DNA from: Candidatus Levyibacteriota bacterium | Lineage (GTDB): Bacteria > Patescibacteriota > Microgenomatia > Levybacterales > UBA12049 | Direction: 5' to 3' | DNA: 64,000 nucleotides | NCBI GenBank assembly: GCA_052034235.1 | Contig: JBPOIT010000007.1 | Coordinates: 22,234 to 86,233, forward strand | Shown: one piece after another, positions 58,560 to 64,000 of the stretch | Numbering within the stretch: position 1 is the first letter of the stretch | How the letters are laid out: every line of letters begins with the position of its first letter | Notes under the pieces: generated by a model | Databases searched by the model: none | Told to the model about the DNA's origin: nothing | Seen by the model: the letters and a program-made list of their open reading frames with translations, nothing else | Program-made: the position numbers and the translations under genes

Positions 58560-60125
58560 ATGAATATGATAATTACTCCACGCCGAAGAAAATTAAAACT
58601 TATATTAAAGAGGTTATTAAGGTTAAAGATAGTTTTTACAGTTTTTGCTCTCCTGCTTATTTTAGATGTCGTATTCACAAAAGCATTGGGAGATAAATAT
58701 GAAGATAGGTTTCCGGTCATATTCTGGACATCTCTTCCTTTTATGCTCTATGTTCTTCTCGGATTAAGTTTCCCAATAGTCTTAAGAGTGGAAAGAAGTA
58801 GAAAATACTATTTGATCCTCTGGTTATTATTACTGTCCATTATTCTTTTTGGCATATATTGGATCTCAGATGAGAAATTACATTCCTGGTTTTTACTAAG
58901 TAATGTTTTAAGCTATTTTGTTGTCAGTTTATGGGTAGCCGTTATTATTCTCTTACTTTTACAGATTCCAAAAATAAAGAAAGTTCACTTCTCTACACTT
59001 ATTTCAAAAACTTTTTCTGTTGTAGCAAATATTAAAAAAAGATTAACTGTAAATACCTTATTGTTGATCCTTATTCTTTCAGCTGTGGTTTACTACGGGA
59101 ATGCTCAACTGCAAAAAGTAAATAGTAGGCTCGATACAATTGAGAATAGACTTGGGGGACCGAAAAAGATTGCATGCAATGAAAAAGACACAATTAATAA
59201 AGTAAGACGTTCTGTTGTGCGCATTGTAGGTGGTGAATCAGAAGGATCAGGTTTTGCAGTGAAAACAGGCGGATTAATTCTTACCAATTTCCATGTAATT
59301 GAATTTGAACCCGCTCCAAAAGTCGTTTTGCCGGACAATACATTTGAAACAGCTGAGGTTATTATGGCTGACAAGAACGCTGATCTGGCAATAATAAAAA
59401 TCAGCAAAGATCTTCCTGTAATTTCTTGGGGTGAACCTACTGAGCTTGAACCGGCAGAAGAACTTTTAGCAATTGGATTTCCTTTGGGTGGCTCACTTTC
59501 AGGGGAATCATCTGTAAATAAAGGATCTCTAGCAGGTAGACGAAAATCAAAAGATGTTGGAGTTGAATATTTACAGACTGATATTACATTAACTCCTGGA
59601 GTAAGCGGTGGTCCTATGGTTAATGTATGTGGAGACGTAATGGGAATAAATACTGCAGGGCTGTCAGGGCTAGGATTAGCTATCTCTGCTGATTCCGCAA
59701 AGCAGAAATGGCTTGAAATGGCGACATCTGACGATTCACTTAAGGATATTAAAAAAATCTCATTCAATGATACTGAAAGTGCTGAATTTGCTGTTGCAAC
59801 TTTCTACAATTATTTAAAAGTAAGAAAGCTTGATAAAGCATTTGAACTACTTTCAGACAATTTTAAGAATGGGCACGGTTTCGATTATTGGAAAGGTGGA
59901 TATACAACACTTCTTGATACAACTGTAATTAAGATTGAGGATGATAAAACTAAAAAGGATCGTGTAACAATTAAGCTCTCTACTAAGGATATGGTTGATG
60001 ACGAGATTGTATATAAATATTTTGAGGGCTATTGGGATGCAAAAAATATTAACGGAAAATGGAGGCTTTGGGACCCTGAAATTAAAGAAGTGAAAGATCC
60101 AGGCTATCTCTGGTTCTATGAATAA
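58560..60125 (+). CDS. multi-TM trypsin-like serine protease (HtrA-like, no PDZ)
   Basis: About 5 N-terminal TM helices, then GSGF, TNFHVI, DLAII and PGVSGGP. Confidence 0.82.
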   Translation: MNMIITPRRRKLKLILKRLLRLKIVFTVFALLLILDVVFTKALGDKYEDRFPVIFWTSLPFMLYVLLGLSFPIVLRVERSRKYYLILWLLLLSIILFGIYWISDEKLHSWFLLSNVLSYFVVSLWVAVIILLLLQIPKIKKVHFSTLISKTFSVVANIKKRLTVNTLLLILILSAVVYYGNAQLQKVNSRLDTIENRLGGPKKIACNEKDTINKVRRSVVRIVGGESEGSGFAVKTGGLILTNFHVIEFEPAPKVVLPDNTFETAEVIMADKNADLAIIKISKDLPVISWGEPTELEPAEELLAIGFPLGGSLSGESSVNKGSLAGRRKSKDVGVEYLQTDITLTPGVSGGPMVNVCGDVMGINTAGLSGLGLAISADSAKQKWLEMATSDDSLKDIKKISFNDTESAEFAVATFYNYLKVRKLDKAFELLSDNFKNGHGFDYWKGGYTTLLDTTVIKIEDDKTKKDRVTIKLSTKDMVDDEIVYKYFEGYWDAKNINGKWRLWDPEIKEVKDPGYLWFYE

Positions 60126-60133
60126 TACGAAGC

Positions 60134-60805
60134 TTATTCCTGAGGTTTTATAAGCTCTTCTGAATCATTTTTAGGACTGTTGACTGCAGTAGATACTCTG
60201 GTTGCTTTCATTTGATCGCTTGGATAAGGTTTTAAGAGTGGTAATAGTCGTTCCGGTTCTATAACATCAGGATCTAGCCAAAAATCCTCATCTTCTTTAC
60301 TGAGTATTACCGGCATTCTTTGATGGACAGGAGCAACTACATCATTTGGTTCAGTTGTAATAATTGTGTAGCTGTAAATTTCTTGTCCATCCTTCGGATC
60401 TTTCCAGACATCATATAAGCCTGCAAAGGCAAATAATGATTCGTCTTTCAGTTGAAAATAATAAGGAATACTTGGTTTTGTCGATTTATCCCATTCATAA
60501 AATCCTGAAGCCGGTATCAAACATCTTTGAAAGCGAAGTGGTTTTTTATACGACGGTTTACTCTCAATTCCTTCAGCGCGAGCATTAATTGTTTTATAAC
60601 TCATGCTAGAGTCTTTTGCCCAGTGGGGAATTAAGCCCCAGAGCATGAATTGAATTGAGTTTGGACTATGCCGAGTAATTGTAGGCTGCATTGTACCAGG
60701 CGCGATATTATAATGAGATTTCAGATTCGGTACTTCATTCTCGATCTCGAAGCGCTTGTATACATCCCTGGCACTGCTTATTGAGAAGCCATATCTGCCA
60801 CACAT
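60134..60805 (-). CDS. SOS response-associated peptidase (SRAP/YedK/HMCES)
   Basis: MCGRY start, WGLIPHW, INARAE, GFYEW and HQRMPVIL. Confidence 0.95.
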   Translation of the reverse strand: MCGRYGFSISSARDVYKRFEIENEVPNLKSHYNIAPGTMQPTITRHSPNSIQFMLWGLIPHWAKDSSMSYKTINARAEGIESKPSYKKPLRFQRCLIPASGFYEWDKSTKPSIPYYFQLKDESLFAFAGLYDVWKDPKDGQEIYSYTIITTEPNDVVAPVHQRMPVILSKEDEDFWLDPDVIEPERLLPLLKPYPSDQMKATRVSTAVNSPKNDSEELIKPQE

Positions 60806-60833
60806 AATACTGTTATTATACACTATGTGCCTC

Positions 60834-60862
60834 TTGAAAAGTAAACAAATGTTTATTATACT
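60834..60862 (+). promoter_or_regulatory. promoter of the LexA-like gene with an operator in its spacer
   Basis: TTGAAA-N17-TATACT enclosing GTAAAC-AAAT-GTTTAT (60841-60856). Confidence 0.75.
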
Positions 60863-60896
60863 TAAGAGCGTGGTTTTATTAAATAATTATTAACTT

Positions 60897-61484
60897 ATGC
60901 GTACTCCAAGTATCAAAACTGAAATTGCGATTAAAAAAATTAGACAGTTCCACCAAAAGCAGCGAAGAGTGCCTACTTTAGAAGAGATGTCAAAACTCTT
61001 TAAATTTGCTTCCAAGAGATCTGCTTTCCTTCTAGTGGAAAGATTGGTTGAAGCTGGGTTAATTGAGAAAGACATTAAAGGTCGCATAACAATCAAACGG
61101 ATGTTTCTCCCTTTACCTGTTTTAGGTTCGATTAGAGCAGGATTTCCGCAAGACGAGGAAGAACAACTTATTGATACTCTTTCATTTGACGAGTACTTAG
61201 TAGATCGTCCAGAGTCTTCTTATTTACTCAAAGTTATTGGAGATTCAATGGAAGATGCAGGGCTTCGCGAGGGAGATATTGTAATTGTCGATAAGAGAAA
61301 AGAACCGAAAGAAAATGATATTGTAGTCGCAAATGTTGATGACCAATTTACTCTTAAATATTTTCGAACGATAGATGGTAAGGTTTGTTTAGTTCCTGGA
61401 AACAATAAATATAAGACTATTTACCCAAAAGATAGTTTGAGCATACAAGGTGTTATTATTAGCACAGTGCGTAGGTATCGTTAA
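60897..61484 (+). CDS. LexA-like repressor (S24 autopeptidase)
   Basis: N-terminal wHTH PTLEEMS, AG cleavage site IRAGFP, catalytic GDSM and TLK. Confidence 0.9.
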   Translation: MRTPSIKTEIAIKKIRQFHQKQRRVPTLEEMSKLFKFASKRSAFLLVERLVEAGLIEKDIKGRITIKRMFLPLPVLGSIRAGFPQDEEEQLIDTLSFDEYLVDRPESSYLLKVIGDSMEDAGLREGDIVIVDKRKEPKENDIVVANVDDQFTLKYFRTIDGKVCLVPGNNKYKTIYPKDSLSIQGVIISTVRRYR

Positions 61485-61487
61485 TAT

Positions 61488-62156
61488 ATGTTTATTTATC
61501 TTGATGAAAGTGGAACTCTTACAGAAAGTAATGGCAAATATTTTGTCATAGGCACTTATACTGTTGGTGATCCTCGGAAAATTACTAAAGCTTTCAGAAA
61601 ATGGCAGAAAACTAAGTTCCCCAAGAAATTGAGAAGGCAAGCTGAGTTAAAGTTTAACGATTCTCACATAGATGACAAGCTTAGACTTAAAACACTTCAA
61701 TATTTCGCTAAACAAGACATCCGGATCTTTTATACTTATCTTCAGAAAAAGAATATTCCAAAGGAATATTACAAAAAAGGTAAGGTAACTGAGACTGGAT
61801 TACTCTATACCGAAATCGTCAGAGCAACTCTTGAATTATATATGCCAGTTACTGATAGCCAACTTACTATCGTGAGGGATCAAAGGACTTTAAAAGGAGT
61901 TAGTGTAAGTAAATTTGACGAGATTCTTCGAGCGAGTTTATTGCCTAAGCTTCCCGCAAAGGTAGTTTTGGAAGTACAAGCTGTTGATTCTACCAGTAAT
62001 CCGCTTATTCAAGTTTCTGATTGGGTTTGTGGCGCTCTTGCTAGATATTATGAAGGAAAGCCATCAGGAGAAGAGTTTTATACTGTTCTTAAAGGGAATA
62101 TCGTTCAGGAGAAAGAACTGTTTTCAGAGAAATGGACAAAGACTTGGGAGAAGTAG
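61488..62156 (+). CDS. DUF3800-family protein (RNase H-like fold)
   Basis: FIYLDESG, ELKF and LIQVSDWVCG (QxxD). Confidence 0.8.
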   Translation: MFIYLDESGTLTESNGKYFVIGTYTVGDPRKITKAFRKWQKTKFPKKLRRQAELKFNDSHIDDKLRLKTLQYFAKQDIRIFYTYLQKKNIPKEYYKKGKVTETGLLYTEIVRATLELYMPVTDSQLTIVRDQRTLKGVSVSKFDEILRASLLPKLPAKVVLEVQAVDSTSNPLIQVSDWVCGALARYYEGKPSGEEFYTVLKGNIVQEKELFSEKWTKTWEK

Positions 62157-62159
62157 ATA

Positions 62160-62288
62160 CAAAAAAGACCTGCGTATGCAGATCTGTTTTGTTAGAGCGG
62201 CGGTGCTATAAATGTTGTTCCTAGACTCGTACTGAATGAACCATTCAGGAGCATCTAGGCATATATAGCGTATTATTACCAGCTCCAT
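62160..62288 (-). ncRNA. putative ~130-nt structured RNA convergent with DUF3800
   Basis: Has its own promoter, a long nested hairpin and a terminator (see findings). Confidence 0.65.
62161..62184 (-). terminator. intrinsic terminator of the putative ncRNA
   Basis: The minus strand reads AGATCTGC-ATAC-GCAGGTCT-TTTTT. Confidence 0.75.
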
Positions 62289-62292
62289 GAAT

Positions 62293-62321
62293 AATATACC
62301 AAATCAGGGAGAGTTTGTCAA
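62293..62321 (-). promoter_or_regulatory. sigma70 promoter of the putative ncRNA
   Basis: The minus strand reads TTGACA-N17-TATATT with a TG extension. Confidence 0.75.
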
Positions 62322-62348
62322 GGGTAAATGGAGAGTTCTAGCCTCAAA

Positions 62349-63371
62349 TCACTTCACAAACATAGTAAAAGCAAGAGAATTACTACCCCTTTCTAGTTTA
62401 TAGTTAAATCTCTCATCTGTGTCTATTTTAAAGCCGTCAATTAAATCCTGAAGCATTTTAATAATTTCTTTAGGATCAATGTTTCTTCGAATCAAAGGAT
62501 GTCTATACATAGCCTTCTTGAGGGTTTCATCGGCTAAATGAACATAATTCTCATAAGTGGTTTGAATATCTTTGTGCCCCAAGATTGCAGCAACCATTGT
62601 AATATCAACTCCGGACATTAACAGTTGAGTAGCTAGGCTATGACGAAACAAATGGGGATGAACTCTTTTGGTTACACCGGCTGCTACTGCTCGGCGCTTT
62701 AGATCCTTTATAAAATCTTGAGGATGAATTCTTCCACCAGTTAGACTATTAAATACCAAATCTTCGGGATTCTTACCTTCAACAAGTTTTTTCAATCGTG
62801 AAATAAGAGGTTCAGTAATATGAGCGTGGCGGATCTCTTTATTCTTGGTTAATACGAATGTTGCTTTTCCAGCTGAGAGATCAAGTAGCTTTACCTTAAG
62901 TGAGGCCATTTCATCAAACCGGCAACCAGTATAGGCAAGAAACATACATACGGTCCTGTGTCTAAAATCCAAGATTTCTGTTACTTCTGCAGCAGTGCGT
63001 TTGTAAAAATGCCCATAAGTTAAAGGCATATTGATAATACTTTCAATTTCATCAGGAGTAAGGATGATAATAGTGGGTTTTACTTTAGTGAATGCAGTGA
63101 AGCTTTCGAAGAAATTATTATCTGATCCACGATCCTTAATATAGTCTTGGATATATCTGAGAGTGAAGAAGTAGGTGTTTAGAGTGTTATTATTGAGTCC
63201 CTTTTGCTTCAAATAGAAAAAGAACTCTTCTACAGAGTCCTTATTGAGTTCTTTATTGTTTTCCTTGAGCCAATTGTTTATGATATTGAAGCGAACCTTG
63301 CAGAGACGAACAGAGTTAGCTGCTAAGCTTTTCTTGATAGTTATGTATCTTATAAAATCTAGTTCATCCAT
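62349..63371 (-). CDS. tyrosine recombinase / phage integrase
   Basis: YTGCRFDE, TKN, HPHLFRHS and LGHKDIQTTYENYVH. Adjacent to attR. Confidence 0.95.
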   Translation of the reverse strand: MDELDFIRYITIKKSLAANSVRLCKVRFNIINNWLKENNKELNKDSVEEFFFYLKQKGLNNNTLNTYFFTLRYIQDYIKDRGSDNNFFESFTAFTKVKPTIIILTPDEIESIINMPLTYGHFYKRTAAEVTEILDFRHRTVCMFLAYTGCRFDEMASLKVKLLDLSAGKATFVLTKNKEIRHAHITEPLISRLKKLVEGKNPEDLVFNSLTGGRIHPQDFIKDLKRRAVAAGVTKRVHPHLFRHSLATQLLMSGVDITMVAAILGHKDIQTTYENYVHLADETLKKAMYRHPLIRRNIDPKEIIKMLQDLIDGFKIDTDERFNYKLERGSNSLAFTMFVK

Positions 63372-63390
63372 AATAAGGAATTATTCATAA

Positions 63391-63406
63391 GTAAACATTT
63401 GTTTAC
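63391..63406. promoter_or_regulatory. palindromic operator over the predicted integrase transcription start
   Basis: GTAAAC-ATTT-GTTTAC. Confidence 0.75.
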
Positions 63407-63411
63407 TATTA

Positions 63412-63440
63412 ATAATAGTTGATGAGATGTTAATTGACAA
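63412..63440 (-). promoter_or_regulatory. integrase promoter
   Basis: The minus strand reads TTGTCA-N17-TATTAT. Confidence 0.65.
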
Positions 63441-63470
63441 TTGGTTGTTAAGGAATCTAACAATATCAAA

Positions 63471-63486
63471 GTAAACTTTTGTTTAC
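63471..63486. promoter_or_regulatory. palindromic operator
   Basis: GTAAAC-TTTT-GTTTAC. Confidence 0.75.
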
Positions 63487-63494
63487 TTTACCCC

Positions 63495-63524
63495 TTGACA
63501 ACCGTTATTAACGCTCGATATAAT
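63495..63524 (+). promoter_or_regulatory. consensus sigma70 promoter pointing toward attR
   Basis: TTGACA-N18-TATAAT. Confidence 0.75.
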
Positions 63525-63546
63525 GTTAATGTACTTTTGAAAACAC

Positions 63547-63573
63547 AAAAAAAGACCCACTTTCGTGAGTCTT
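63547..63573 (-). terminator. terminator shielding the integrase from leftward read-through
   Basis: The minus strand reads AAGACTCAC-GAAA-GTGGGTCTT-TTTTT. Confidence 0.7.
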
Positions 63574-63610
63574 CTCCCAAATAACTGTACGCAGTTATTT
63601 TAGCTTTAAA

Positions 63611-63658
63611 ATGAGACTTGACTTAGAAATCCCCGCATTCATCAGACAGCGTAATTAA
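63611..63658 (+). CDS. putative 15-aa ORF MRLDLEIPAFIRQRN spanning attR (FtsZ C-terminal peptide)
   Basis: An in-frame ATG in phage DNA is fused to the displaced ftsZ 3' end. There is an upstream promoter but no SD sequence. Confidence 0.4.
   Translation: MRLDLEIPAFIRQRN
63629..63658 (+). repeat. attR with the displaced original ftsZ ending (IPAFIRQRN*)
   Basis: ATCCCCGCATT core, then CATCAGACAGCGTAATTAA, about 260 bp from the integrase start. Confidence 0.9.
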
Positions 63659-63701
63659 ACGAGCATTTCACTTCTTAACCTAGAAAATCTGTTTATACTC
63701 C

Positions 63702-63998
63702 TTACCATGTATACGCATGGCGGCCGCAGGCGTCGAAGTATTGGCCGTGACGAAGGAGTTTATCATTGGACGGGGGAGTCTGGCATTCTTGTGTTCCAAC
63801 GGTATAGGTTGAACTAGGACTATTTTGGTTGGTGTATTCTGTTTGCACCCATCCTGTCGTTCTCGTAGTGTTTGCGATTCTCAATTCATCCATAACTCCA
63901 TTAAACAAGTTAATACCGACGAATGGATTGCAGTCAGCGCCAATACAAAGATCATTATTAGCATTACGTGTAGAGCCACTGGTTGTAGGATTACCAGC
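63702..63998 (-). CDS. host LamG/ConA-like domain protein, C-terminal part (runs off the window)
   Basis: The frame is open to the window edge. LCIGAD...FNGVMDELRI...WVQTEYTNQ. Confidence 0.75.
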   Translation of the reverse strand, partial: AGNPTTSGSTRNANNDLCIGADCNPFVGINLFNGVMDELRIANTTRTTGWVQTEYTNQNSPSSTYTVGTQECQTPPSNDKLLRHGQYFDACGRHAYTW

Positions 63999-64000
63999 GG

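Larger units (their letters stand above)
11245..63639. mobile_element. prophage (siphovirus-like, HK97-type head), ~52.4 kb, integrated at the ftsZ 3' end
   Basis: Terminase, portal, protease, capsid, tail tube, tape measure, lysis genes and a tyrosine integrase, bounded by the att core ATCCCCGCATT. Confidence 0.95.

Noticed and set aside
59105-59767. 220-aa antisense ORF, and the many other 60-150 aa overlapping ORFs in the track
   Set aside because: They are shadows of well-supported genes on the other strand or frame and have no recognisable motifs.
60897-61484. UmuD of a mutagenesis cassette
   Set aside because: It has an N-terminal DNA-binding domain, and no umuC or Y-family polymerase is nearby, so a LexA-like repressor fits better.
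1-64000. tRNA/rRNA genes or an alternative genetic code
   Set aside because: None were recognised. TGA serves as the stop for ftsZ and other intact genes, consistent with code 11.

Overview
The window has two parts. The first (1-10156) is a host cell-wall and division cluster: murA, a uridyltransferase-only GlmU, GNAT, HAD, a MurF-like ligase, mraY, ftsW, murG, an ftsQ-like gene, ftsA and ftsZ. Gene content and style suggest a Patescibacteria/CPR (Microgenomates-like) host, which is an inference. The second is an apparently complete ~52.4 kb siphovirus-type prophage (11245-63639) plus a 1.1 kb MBL-hydrolase cassette (10127-11255). Both are inserted in tandem into the last codons of ftsZ, with the core ATCCCCGCATT at 10127, 11245 and 63629. 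The prophage has early/replication, packaging, HK97-type head, tail and lysis modules, then about 21 kb of cargo and a tyrosine integrase. The cargo is a complete DGR whose target is a MoxR-type AAA+ ATPase next to a metallopeptidase-VWA protein, followed by type III R-M, a PD-(D/E)xK nuclease, an REase-TPR-GreAB-PIN protein, an alarmone-hydrolase-like HD protein, a membrane trypsin-like protease, SRAP, a LexA-like repressor, and DUF3800 with a convergent structured ncRNA. The most notable points are: (1) the DGR-diversified AAA+/VWA-peptidase module; (2) integration into the FtsZ C-terminal motif, with a promoter-driven 15-codon ORF at attR that would encode a free FtsZ tail peptide; (3) a late-promoter motif in 7-8 copies with an invariant 14-nt spacer; (4) the DUF3800/ncRNA pair; (5) GTAAAC-N4-GTTTAC operators linking the LexA-like repressor to the integrase. 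All calls are by-eye motif recognition and no database searches were run.
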